The position numbers and the translations under genes are program-made. Source: Myxococcales bacterium UBA1660 (GTDB lineage: Bacteria > Myxococcota_A > Polyangia > Polyangiales > Houyiibacteriaceae). From it: a stretch of 64,000 nt of DNA. Under the pieces are notes generated by a model. The model saw nothing but the letters and a program-made list of their open reading frames with translations, searched no databases and had not been told where the DNA came from. Where the stretch lies: the NCBI GenBank assembly GCA_002320815.1, contig DCLA01000024.1:767-64766 (forward strand). The letters run 5' to 3'. This document shows, piece after piece, positions 18,497 to 27,248 of the stretch (position 1 is its first letter; every line of letters begins with the position of its first letter).

Positions 18497-19138
18497 ATGA
18501 AGAAGCTCAGCTTTGTGTTCATTGGCGCCCTGCTGGCGCTGGGTTGCGGCGACGACGACGCCGGCACCGACGACACCACGGACACCACCGTGATGGACGA
18601 CGCCGGTGTGGAGACGGATCAGGGCATGGTGGCGACCAACCTGCCGTCCTGCCTCGACGAAGCCCCCGGCCGCGGTGGCACGATCCCCGGCAGCGAGATG
18701 GGTGACTTCACCCTGCAGACCTGCGACGGCGAGGAGTATTCCTTCTACAACGAGGCGTTCTGCGAGTCGCAGGCCACCGTCATCAGCATCGCCGCCGGCT
18801 GGTGTCCGCCCTGCATCGCCGAGAGCATGCAGCTCGAGGAGGAGATCACCTCCGTGTACGGCCCCCAGGGCGTCCGCGTGATCCAGATCCTCATCCAGAC
18901 CGACGACTACTCGGCCCCCGACCTCGCGTACTGCCAGGGTTGGGTCGACCGCTTCGGCCTCGACTCCAACGTCGAGCTCATCGACCCCGCGCAGGTCACC
19001 AACCGCTTCTTCCCGGACGGCGCCCTGCCCTCGACCATCGTGGTGGACTCCGAGGGCATCATCCGCTTCCGCGAGAACGGCGCCAGCGACGGCCTGACCA
19101 CGCTGAAGGCGGCCATCGACCAGGTCCTCGGCAGCTGA
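18497..19138 (+). CDS. TlpA/redoxin-like thiol-disulfide oxidoreductase lipoprotein
   Basis: MKKLSFVFIGALLALGC lipobox. In-frame ATGs also occur at 18482 and 18485. Thioredoxin-fold active site AAGWCPPCIAES. Confidence 0.85.
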   Translation: MKKLSFVFIGALLALGCGDDDAGTDDTTDTTVMDDAGVETDQGMVATNLPSCLDEAPGRGGTIPGSEMGDFTLQTCDGEEYSFYNEAFCESQATVISIAAGWCPPCIAESMQLEEEITSVYGPQGVRVIQILIQTDDYSAPDLAYCQGWVDRFGLDSNVELIDPAQVTNRFFPDGALPSTIVVDSEGIIRFRENGASDGLTTLKAAIDQVLGS

Positions 19139-19157
19139 ACCGCGACCGGCGCCTGGA

Positions 19158-21206
19158 GTGATGCACGCGAACGCGGGCAGACTCCTCGCGCTCCTCCTGC
19201 TCGGGCGGGCGTTCCTCTTCGGGGCGCCCGCCTTTGCGCAAGAGGAGCCCGAGGACGAGCGGACGACGGCCCCGGCCGACGGCGAAGAGGCCTCGGCCGA
19301 CGGGACCGAGAACGAGGGGTCCGAAGACGAGGGGTCCGAGGACGAGGGGTCCGAAGACGAGGCGTCCGAAGGCGAGGGGTCCGAGGACGAGGCGGATGAC
19401 GCCGAGGACCCGGCCGCCGACGAGCCCGCCGAGGACGACTACGAGCTCCCCGACGACCTCGACGCCATCGACGCCGGCGAGGACGACTGGGAGCTCCCGG
19501 GCGACCTCGAGGGCGAGGGCGGCTCGGACGAGTGGGACTTCGACGCCGCGCTCGAGCACGCCGACGAGAACGCACCCCCCGACCTGCCGATCTTCGGTGA
19601 GACGACCTTTTCGCTGACGAGCACCACCCGGGCCCAGTACCGGCTGAACAACTACGACGGCAACGACCTCAACGACGACTTCGGCAGCCTCTGGGAGCGC
19701 CTCGAGGTCGCGATGCAGGGCGAGGAGCTGCGCCTCGGCGCGCGCCTCGACTTCTTCCTCCCCGTCCTGGAGGACGGCTGCCCCGAGGGCCTCGAGGAGA
19801 GCTGCATCGAGAGCGACATCCGCCTCGAGCGCTTCAGCGCCCACTGGGACCATGGGCCGTGGACCGTGGACGCCGTCGACAGCTACGCCGTCCTCGGTCG
19901 CGGCATCGCGCTCAGCTTCCGGCGCCTGGACATCCTGGGGACCGACGTCGCGCTCCGCGGCGGCAAGTTGGCCTACGACGACTCGGACTTCTTCTTCAAG
20001 GTCCTCGGCGGCGCGGCGAACCCCCAGAACCTCGATCCCAACACCCTGGCGATCATCGACCGGCCCGCCGACCAGCTCCGCAGGGACCTCTGGGAGAACC
20101 CCCGGAGCCGCGACTGGGTCATGGGCGGCGAACTCGGCTACCGGCTCCCCGGCTTCGAGCTCGGCGCCCACATGGCGCGCTACCTCTTCGCCGAGGACCT
20201 CTCGACCGGCTTCCGGGAACAGACCGACCTGGACATCTTCGGGTGGCACCTCGAGGCGCCCCGGCTCCTCGGGGGCGCGGTGAGCTTCTATGGCGAAGCG
20301 AACCTGGCCCGGCGTCAGGTCGACAGTGATCTGCGGGGCCAGAACTCCAACCTCGGGCGGGCGATCTACGCCTCGATCCAGGTCCAGGCCTCCGAGCGCG
20401 CCAGCCTGGCCATCGAGCTCAAGGACTATCGGCGCTTCTACGTCGCCGACGACGTCGCGGCCGATCCCCACCGGGTCTACAGCGCGGTCCCCGACCTGGA
20501 GCTCGACACCGAGCGCCCCGAGAACCAGAGCAACGCCCGTGGTGGCCGGGTCCAGCTCGACTACGGGTTCCTGCCGGGCCCGTGGGGCATCTCCGCCGCC
20601 GTGCTCAGCTACGGCCACGCCGAGCACCGGGAGAGCGACGACCTCGACGAGGGCGACCCCTGGTCGAACGACGGCTTCTGGCTGAATCACGCGACCTTCA
20701 AGCTCCAGAAGGTCATCCGCGGCGAGCCCGGGGCCTTCGACTGGACCTTCGATCTCCTGGGCGGCTACCGCGACGACCGCTACCTCGGCGCCCGGGACGG
20801 CCGCCAGGGCGGCGACCTCCACTGGCGGGTGGTCCACGGCACCCTGGAGACGGGCATCGTGCTCGGCCAGCACAGCCTCGAGCTGAGCATCATCCATCGC
20901 CAGGAGAGCAAGTGGAACGCCTCGAAGCTCGACTTCGACGACTACGTCCGCGGCTCCGCCTCGGTGACCTACTCCTGGCAGGGCCGCATCCGCGGCAGCC
21001 TCATCCTCGCCTGGAACGACGAGAAGCGCGGCTCCGACGTGCCCACCTACTACCCCGGCGCCGAGCTCCGGGTGGACTTCCTCGACGGCAGCTTCTTCCG
21101 CGCCTTCGGCGGGGCCCAGCCCGGAGGTCGCATCTGCTCCGGCGGCGTCTGCCGCGACGTGCCCCTCTTCGTCGGCGGGCTCGGTGAGCTGGTCCTCCGC
21201 CTCTGA
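19158..21206 (+). CDS. Secreted protein with acidic repeat region; probable outer-membrane beta-barrel, function unknown
   Basis: Signal peptide ...FGAPAFA/QE. About 100 aa of D/E-rich low complexity including (EGSED)n. The remaining ~550 aa is rich in alternating aromatic/Gly/Arg strand-like patterns. The C-terminus (LVLRL) is not a classical aromatic OMP terminus. Confidence 0.65.
   Translation: MMHANAGRLLALLLLGRAFLFGAPAFAQEEPEDERTTAPADGEEASADGTENEGSEDEGSEDEGSEDEASEGEGSEDEADDAEDPAADEPAEDDYELPDDLDAIDAGEDDWELPGDLEGEGGSDEWDFDAALEHADENAPPDLPIFGETTFSLTSTTRAQYRLNNYDGNDLNDDFGSLWERLEVAMQGEELRLGARLDFFLPVLEDGCPEGLEESCIESDIRLERFSAHWDHGPWTVDAVDSYAVLGRGIALSFRRLDILGTDVALRGGKLAYDDSDFFFKVLGGAANPQNLDPNTLAIIDRPADQLRRDLWENPRSRDWVMGGELGYRLPGFELGAHMARYLFAEDLSTGFREQTDLDIFGWHLEAPRLLGGAVSFYGEANLARRQVDSDLRGQNSNLGRAIYASIQVQASERASLAIELKDYRRFYVADDVAADPHRVYSAVPDLELDTERPENQSNARGGRVQLDYGFLPGPWGISAAVLSYGHAEHRESDDLDEGDPWSNDGFWLNHATFKLQKVIRGEPGAFDWTFDLLGGYRDDRYLGARDGRQGGDLHWRVVHGTLETGIVLGQHSLELSIIHRQESKWNASKLDFDDYVRGSASVTYSWQGRIRGSLILAWNDEKRGSDVPTYYPGAELRVDFLDGSFFRAFGGAQPGGRICSGGVCRDVPLFVGGLGELVLRL
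19314..19388 (+). repeat. 15-bp in-frame tandem repeat x5 encoding (E-G/A-S-E-D/G)5
   Basis: gaggggtccgaagac / gaggggtccgaggac / gaggggtccgaagac / gaggcgtccgaaggc / gaggggtccgaggac. Confidence 0.9.
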
Positions 21207-21276
21207 CCCCGGTACATCGTTCCTGCTCCGCCCGTTGAATGCGGAGCCCCTCCCAACCGTCTGCCGAGAGCCTCCC

Positions 21277-21816
21277 ATGCTGCGTGCCCTGACCTCGACC
21301 TCCGCCCTCCTCCTCACCGCCGCCCTCTTCGTGGGTCTCGCGGCGCCGCCCCACGCCGACGCGCGCGTCGGGGGTCGCCCGCCGGAGTTCGAGCTCCCTG
21401 CCATCCCCGGCGGTCCCACCCAGGGCACCTTCGACATGGGGGATCACCTCGGTGAGCACCCGGTGGTCGTCATCTTCTGGGCGACGTGGTGCGAGCCCTG
21501 CAAGCAGCAGCTCCCCCTCTACCAGCGGCTCTACGAGCGCTACCACGAGCAGGGGCTCGAGGTCGTCGCCGTGAGCATGGACGGCGCCGAGACCATCGCG
21601 CGGGCGGCCCCGACCGTCAGCCGCCTGGGCCTCGATTTCCCCGTCGTCAGCGACCTCGACACCGCCGTCACCAGCCGGCTGAACCCTCGCCGCGGCGCGC
21701 CCTTCACCATCTGGGTCGACCGCTCGGGTCGCATCGTCCACGAGCGCGAGGGCTTCACCCTCGCCGAACGCGACGACATCGCCCGGGGCGTCGCCGCCCT
21801 GGTCCGCCGCCGCTGA
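21277..21816 (+). CDS. TlpA/ResA-like periplasmic thiol-disulfide oxidoreductase
   Basis: Start at ATG 21277 (MLRALTSTSALLLTAALFVGLAAPPHADA signal peptide). Active site VVIFWATWCEPCKQQLP. Confidence 0.85.
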   Translation: MLRALTSTSALLLTAALFVGLAAPPHADARVGGRPPEFELPAIPGGPTQGTFDMGDHLGEHPVVVIFWATWCEPCKQQLPLYQRLYERYHEQGLEVVAVSMDGAETIARAAPTVSRLGLDFPVVSDLDTAVTSRLNPRRGAPFTIWVDRSGRIVHEREGFTLAERDDIARGVAALVRRR

Positions 21817-21829
21817 GCCGCGCCGAAGT

Positions 21830-21855
21830 GCGCCGCGAGTGACCACTCGCGGCGC
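21830..21855 (+). terminator. Perfect 12-bp-stem hairpin 14 nt after the stop
   Basis: gcgccgcgagtg-ac-cactcgcggcgc. The 2-nt loop implies the top pairs open. No U-tract. Confidence 0.5.
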
Positions 21856-21969
21856 CGGATTGGGGTCGACACACCCCACATGGGCGGACATTCCGTCGCA
21901 CACCATGCGAGAGATGGACTGGATCCTTCGAGGATCGTGCCTGGCAGGCCCCTTGCACGTCTGCGGGCC

Positions 21970-22578
21970 ATGCCCGCGACCGCCGAACACGCCATCGACC
22001 GAATCCTCGACGCCGTCCGTTCGCTCCGGGCCGGAGGCGACAGCGCCCTCTCCTACCGGACCATCGCCCGCAAGGCCGGGCTGAGCTCCGGGACCGTCTC
22101 CTACTACTTCGCCTCCCGCGCCGCGCTCCTCGAGGCCGCCCTGGACCGGCACCACGCCCGGGTGGCCGAGCTCCTCTCGCCCTTCCTCGACAAGGCCGGT
22201 CTCGGGCCGGGCCCGCTGGCCCGTCGGCTCACCAAGTACGCCTTCGCCAACCAGGGCGACATCCGGCTGCGCCTCTCGGCCTGGGTCGAGTCGTGGTCCC
22301 TACCGGCGACCCGCCGGGCGAACGTGGACCAGGTGCTCCGCCGCATCGGCGAGCGCTTCCCCCTCGATCGCTGGACCAAGGAGGAGCAGCGGGTGATCGT
22401 CCAGAGCCTCGGCTGGGGCGCCCAGCGCTTCGCCGCCCTGACCGACGAGGAGCTCTGCATCTACGTCGGCGTGGACGACCCCGCGGAGGCTCAGCGCATC
22501 GTGGTGGAGACCATGGGCAAGCTCGCCGAGGCCCTCGCCGAGGACCAGATGGCGCCCACCACCGACACCCGTCACTGA
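21970..22578 (+). CDS. TetR-family transcriptional regulator
   Basis: HTH SYRTIARKAGLSSGTVSYYFASRAALLEAAL. ATG 21970 chosen; the ORF is open from 21880. The 3' end overlaps the convergent gene by 7 nt. Confidence 0.85.
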   Translation: MPATAEHAIDRILDAVRSLRAGGDSALSYRTIARKAGLSSGTVSYYFASRAALLEAALDRHHARVAELLSPFLDKAGLGPGPLARRLTKYAFANQGDIRLRLSAWVESWSLPATRRANVDQVLRRIGERFPLDRWTKEEQRVIVQSLGWGAQRFAALTDEELCIYVGVDDPAEAQRIVVETMGKLAEALAEDQMAPTTDTRH

Positions 22579-23495
22579 GGCGCGCGGCGCGTGTAGAGCG
22601 CGCCTTCGGGGATCGCCGGCGCGCGGGTCTGGGGGGTGACCCGAAGGACCCAGAGATCGCTGCGGGATCCGATGGATTCGGCGCCCTCGTAGGCGCAGAA
22701 GTCCCGCCGCACCTCGCGGACGACCAAGCCCGCCTCCGCCAGGAGCCGTTGTTTCGCCAGGGCCCGGTCGGGCGCCCGTCGGCTGGCGCCGAACGCGAGG
22801 TAGAGCCGTCCGTCGGGCCGGAGCGCCTCGATGGCCCGGGCCACGAAGAGCGTGAAGCCCTCGATGGCGTAGGGGGGGTCGCTGAAGACGGCGTCGTGGG
22901 TGCCCCGGTGCTCGGCGGGGAGGGGCTCACGCAGGTCGTGGGCGGTGACTCGGACGCCTTCGGCGCCGAGCAGGGTGACCAGATCGGGGTCGACCTCGAG
23001 GACCTCGGGCGGCGGAGCGCAAGTTGGCAAGTGCGTCCCCAAAGCAAGTTGGGGGCGCGGGTCGGTGGTGAGGGTGGCCAGGGCGACGGAGGCCAGGTCG
23101 TCGTCGCCGAGGAAGAGGGGGCGCTCGATGCCTTCGCCGACCAGGAAGCGGGCGCGCTTCACCACGCTGGCCGGAGTGGCGTAGACCTGGTCCAGCTCCC
23201 GTTTGATGGCGCCGCGGCGCACGCCGACCTCCCGCAGGCGCGCCTCGAGGTCGGCGTGGGAGACCCCGCTGCCCCGGGTGCGGTTTCGGCGCTCGGCCTT
23301 CAGCGCGTCGACGCCGGCGGGGCTCAGCCGGAAGCGCTCGGCGCCCTTCGCGAAGAGCTCCGGCCGCTTCTTGGCCCAGGCGCGGAGCACACTGTGGGGC
23401 TCGCCCGCGCGGCGCACCAGATCGGTGCGGGAGAGGGTCGTCTCGCCCAGGGCGTCGAGTACACGGAAGAGGCCGGAGTCCATCGGGCGGAGCAT
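22572..23495 (-). CDS. DUF43 / bis-aminopropyl-spermidine-synthase (BpsA)-family aminopropyl/methyl-transferase-fold protein
   Basis: N-terminal winged-helix-like segment, then FLGDDDLASVALA ... EVDPDLV ... HDLREPLP ... HDAVFSDPPYAIEGFTLFVARAIEALRPDGRLYL ... FCAYEGA. This is the DUF43 signature order. Start taken at ATG 23495. Confidence 0.75.
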   Translation of the reverse strand: MLRPMDSGLFRVLDALGETTLSRTDLVRRAGEPHSVLRAWAKKRPELFAKGAERFRLSPAGVDALKAERRNRTRGSGVSHADLEARLREVGVRRGAIKRELDQVYATPASVVKRARFLVGEGIERPLFLGDDDLASVALATLTTDPRPQLALGTHLPTCAPPPEVLEVDPDLVTLLGAEGVRVTAHDLREPLPAEHRGTHDAVFSDPPYAIEGFTLFVARAIEALRPDGRLYLAFGASRRAPDRALAKQRLLAEAGLVVREVRRDFCAYEGAESIGSRSDLWVLRVTPQTRAPAIPEGALYTRRAPQ

Positions 23496-23586
23496 GGCGC
23501 GCCGGGGCGACCCTCGCACGCTGCCCGGGGAAACGTGTTCTCGCGCCCCCCGGCGGGGAGGTGGGCTGTGATAGCGTCTCTCGCGG

Positions 23587-24882
23587 ATGCGTGCGTCAGT
23601 TCTCCTCTTGATGGCGATCGTCGGGTCGTTCGCCATCCCCTCCGCCGTTCGCGCGACGCCACCGGATGTCTTCGGCTATGGCGCGCGCACCCAAGGCGCG
23701 GCCATGACCGGCACCGCGTACGTCGACGACTACGAAGCCGTCTGGGCCAACCCCGCCGGTCTCGCCGCCGCCGAGCGCAGCGGGATCAGCCTGGGGCTCC
23801 AGGCCGCGAGCTTCGAGCTCCAGCTCGATGGCCAGGACTTCGATCTGGAGGCCTACCGGGGCACCACGATCGGCTTCCACCTGCGCCTGCCCTTCGGCGG
23901 CGTCCTGGAAGACGTCCTGACCATCGGCGCCGGGTTCTACACCCCGCTCAACACGGTGCTCCGGACCGACATCATCTACCCCGAGACCCCGCAGTGGGCG
24001 GTGCTCGCGCGGACCCAATCGGTGAACCTGGCGATCGGCCTGGGCATCGACCTGGACCGCTGGGTCCCGGGGCTCCGGCTCGGCCTGGGCTTCTCGGCCC
24101 TCGCGACCATCACGGGTCGCCTCCAGGTCCAGCTCGACCAGGCGAACTCTTTCACCAGCCTCACCGAGACCCAGCTCCTGGTCTCCTACAACCCGATCGT
24201 CGGCGCGCAGTACGACTTCGGCGACTTCTCCCTGGGCGTGGTCTACCGCGAGGAGGTCCGGTCGGAGATCGACCTGAACATCGTCGTGGAGAACCTCCCG
24301 GTCGCGCTGCCGACGATCACCATCACCGCCCTGCCCCAGTACGACCCCCACACGGTGGCCGCGGAGTTCGCCTGGCGCTTCACCCCGCACTGGATGGGCG
24401 CCGTGCACCTGACCTACCGACGTTGGTCGGCCTTCCCCGGCGTGGTCGGCCAGACCAGCTCGAGCTCGTTCTACCCGGTGCATCCGGCCTTCCGGGACAC
24501 CGTCTCGCCGCGGCTGGCCTTCGAGTACCGCGCGCGGAAGCGGCGCACCGAGATCGCCGCGCGCTTCGGCTACGCCTACGAGATGACCCCCGCGCCGCCG
24601 GCCGCGCTGCGCCCCGCCCGGGACATGAACGACGCCCCCCGGGTCCCGGAGGTGCTCACCCCGAGCCGCTACATCGACGGTGACCGCCACGTCTTCACCG
24701 TGGGCAATGGCGTGACCTTCCACTCGAAGCTGGGCCCGGTGATGCGCTTCGACCTCTTCCTGCAGCTCCACCGGATGCCGGAGCGCACCCACGACATCCC
24801 GCGTACCGACGAAGGGACGAGCAACATGGTCACCGAAGGCTGGCTGGTCGCCGGCGGATGGACGGGAGCGATCGAATGGTGA
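23587..24882 (+). CDS. FadL/OmpP1/TodX-family outer-membrane transport protein, paralogue 1
   Basis: Signal peptide ...SAVRA. N-terminal hatch motif FGYGARTQGAAMTGTAYVDDYEAVWANPAGLA. Beta-strand-rich. Terminal ...GAIEW. Confidence 0.8.
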   Translation: MRASVLLLMAIVGSFAIPSAVRATPPDVFGYGARTQGAAMTGTAYVDDYEAVWANPAGLAAAERSGISLGLQAASFELQLDGQDFDLEAYRGTTIGFHLRLPFGGVLEDVLTIGAGFYTPLNTVLRTDIIYPETPQWAVLARTQSVNLAIGLGIDLDRWVPGLRLGLGFSALATITGRLQVQLDQANSFTSLTETQLLVSYNPIVGAQYDFGDFSLGVVYREEVRSEIDLNIVVENLPVALPTITITALPQYDPHTVAAEFAWRFTPHWMGAVHLTYRRWSAFPGVVGQTSSSSFYPVHPAFRDTVSPRLAFEYRARKRRTEIAARFGYAYEMTPAPPAALRPARDMNDAPRVPEVLTPSRYIDGDRHVFTVGNGVTFHSKLGPVMRFDLFLQLHRMPERTHDIPRTDEGTSNMVTEGWLVAGGWTGAIEW

Positions 24883-26228
24883 AGCGCATCGCCCCCCTGG
24901 CCCTGCTCCTGGGCGCGCTGGCCGCCCTCGCCCTCCCGGGCGAGGCGCACGCGACGCCCCCGGACACCCACGGCTTCTTCTCGCGCTCGATCAGCTTGGG
25001 CGGCGCCGTCACCGCCGACGTCGAGGACGCCAGCGCGAACTACTACAACCCCGCCGGCCTGGTCCGGAGCGGTCAGCTCCGCCTGAGCATCGGCTACATG
25101 GACGTGCACCACTTCCTGGAGCTGAACGGACAACGCTCCGACGTGGAGCGCCATGGCGCGCTGATCGTGGGCCTGGTCGCGCCGGTGAACCTGGGCGACG
25201 CCCGCTTCGCCTTCGGCCTCGGCCTCCACCTGCCCGACCAGCGGCTCGCGCGGACCCGCTCGGCCGTCGTCGACCGGCCGCGCTGGGAGATGTACGACAC
25301 CCGGCCGGGTCGCATCTACCTGGCCACCAACCTGGCCTTCAGCCCGGTGAGCTGGCTGACCCTCGGCGTGGGCATCACCTTCCAGGCGCCGTCGGAGCTC
25401 ACGCTGGACATCCGGGGTGACGCCGACGCCTTCATGCCCGACACCCAGTCGCGGCTCGAGCACCAGTTCCGCGGAGACCTGACCTCCATCCGCTACCCGC
25501 AGGCCGGTCTCCAGATCCGCCCGCACGAGATGATCTCCATCGGCCTCGCCTACCGGGGATCCTTCGAGCTCCGGAACACGATCATCGCCCTGGCCGACGC
25601 GAACATCACCGGCGTGGGCGAGCCCATCCCCTTGGACTTCTCGCTGGTGGCGATCACCACCAGCATGTATGGGCCGCAGCAGGCGTCCCTCGGCTTCGCC
25701 TTCGACCCCACCTCGCGGCTCCATTTCTCGGTCGAGCTCACCTGGTACGACTGGTCCAAGCACCCGAGCCTCATCGCCGACCAGGAGATCATCCTCCGGG
25801 CCGATCCGCCCCCCGGGCTGAACATCGACATCCCCGACGAGATCACCTCCCTCGAGCCGCTGCCGCTGGGTCTGCACGACACCTGGGTTCCGCGCATCGG
25901 CGTCGAGGTGGGGTTGGTGGAGACCGACGCCGTCCAGGTCGACGGCCGCCTGGGCTACGTCTACGAGAACAGCCCCTTCCCAGCGCAGACCGGGATCCTG
26001 AACTTCGTCGACAACGACAAGCACACCTTCTCGCTCGGTTTCGGCCTCACCCTCAGCGACCTCCGCCCCACCCTGCCGGGCACCCTCCGCTTCGACGTGC
26101 ACGGCATCTACAGCTACCTGCCCGCCCGCGACCACGTGAAGACCTCGACGGTCGATCCGGTGGGCGACTACCGCTCCGCCGGTCACCTCGCGGGTGGCGG
26201 CGCCGCGCTGGAGATCGCGTTCGAATGA
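24876..26228 (+). CDS. FadL/OmpP1/TodX-family outer-membrane transport protein, paralogue 2
   Basis: MVKRIAPLALLLGALAALALPGEAHA signal peptide. Hatch motif GFFSRSISLGGAVTADVEDASANYYNPAGL. ATG 24876 overlaps the previous stop (ATGGTGA). Confidence 0.8.
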   Translation: MVKRIAPLALLLGALAALALPGEAHATPPDTHGFFSRSISLGGAVTADVEDASANYYNPAGLVRSGQLRLSIGYMDVHHFLELNGQRSDVERHGALIVGLVAPVNLGDARFAFGLGLHLPDQRLARTRSAVVDRPRWEMYDTRPGRIYLATNLAFSPVSWLTLGVGITFQAPSELTLDIRGDADAFMPDTQSRLEHQFRGDLTSIRYPQAGLQIRPHEMISIGLAYRGSFELRNTIIALADANITGVGEPIPLDFSLVAITTSMYGPQQASLGFAFDPTSRLHFSVELTWYDWSKHPSLIADQEIILRADPPPGLNIDIPDEITSLEPLPLGLHDTWVPRIGVEVGLVETDAVQVDGRLGYVYENSPFPAQTGILNFVDNDKHTFSLGFGLTLSDLRPTLPGTLRFDVHGIYSYLPARDHVKTSTVDPVGDYRSAGHLAGGGAALEIAFE

Positions 26229-27244
26229 CCCGCGCCAGCATCCTCCTCCTCGCGCTCCTCGTGGCCTGCGCCACCATCGGCGACGAGACCGACTTCCCGG
26301 GCCCGCTGCAGACCAGCGGCGTGGGCCCCTTCCGGCTCCTCGACGAGGCCGAGACCGGCACCGAGTTCCGCCCCGACGCCCGCCTCGTGCGGCCCCAGGG
26401 CGCCTACGGACGGGCCATGGTCGCCGGCGACCGGATCTTCTACGACCTGGCGCCGGTCGTGGACGACGTGCCCGATCGCGCCGAGGGCCTCCCGGAGGGG
26501 GACATCGACCTCGCCCAGGTCGGGCCCTTCACCATCCGGCGCGGCGCCCGGGTGGCCGGCGACGACGCCGCCCCCTTCGGCTTCGAGCCCGGCGCCGAGG
26601 TCCTCGCCGCGACCGAGACGTGGGAGGGGGACTCCCTCCGGGATCCGTGGGCGGTCGAGAGCCGCTTCGGCGCCCAGCTCTACTACGCCGCCGCGGGCGG
26701 CATCGGGATGGCCGCCGCCGCCGAGCTGGGCGGCACCTTCACCAAGGCCGCCGGCCCGCTGGTGGAAGACGCCCGGGCCCCCAGCGTGGTCGAGTGGGAA
26801 GGCGAGCTCCTGCTCTTCTTCGAAGCCACCGACACCGGCACCCTGGGTCTGGCGCGCTCGACCGACGGAAGCACCTTCACGGTCGAGACCCGGGAGCTCC
26901 CCTTGGCCCTCGCGGGCGAGGGCGCCCTCGCCGCTCCGGGCGCGGTGGTCGCGCCGAGCCCCACCGGCCGCTCGATCCTCCGGGTCTACTTCGAGGTCTT
27001 CGACGCCGAGGGCGTCCGATTGGTCTCGATGGCGGGGACCGACGACCTGAGCACCTGGGACCGGCTGGAGACCGGCGTGCTCGGCGTCCTCGAGGACGCG
27101 CGCGGTCCGACGCCGGTCCTCCTCGAGGACTACGTGACCGTGCTGGTCGCCACCGCCCCCTTCGAGTCCCGGGGCGTCCAGCTCCGGGCCCCGGTGGGCG
27201 CCGTCGCTCCCTCGAGCGCGCGGCTCGCGCCCGAAGCGATGTGA
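26225..27244 (+). CDS. Lipoprotein of unknown function (beta-propeller/GH43-like fold possible)
   Basis: ATGA overlap with the upstream stop. Lipobox LLALLVAC. No named motif. Repeated strand-like blocks (LLLFFEATDTGTLGLARSTDGSTF). Confidence 0.7.
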   Translation: MTRASILLLALLVACATIGDETDFPGPLQTSGVGPFRLLDEAETGTEFRPDARLVRPQGAYGRAMVAGDRIFYDLAPVVDDVPDRAEGLPEGDIDLAQVGPFTIRRGARVAGDDAAPFGFEPGAEVLAATETWEGDSLRDPWAVESRFGAQLYYAAAGGIGMAAAAELGGTFTKAAGPLVEDARAPSVVEWEGELLLFFEATDTGTLGLARSTDGSTFTVETRELPLALAGEGALAAPGAVVAPSPTGRSILRVYFEVFDAEGVRLVSMAGTDDLSTWDRLETGVLGVLEDARGPTPVLLEDYVTVLVATAPFESRGVQLRAPVGAVAPSSARLAPEAM

Positions 27245-27248
27245 GGAT

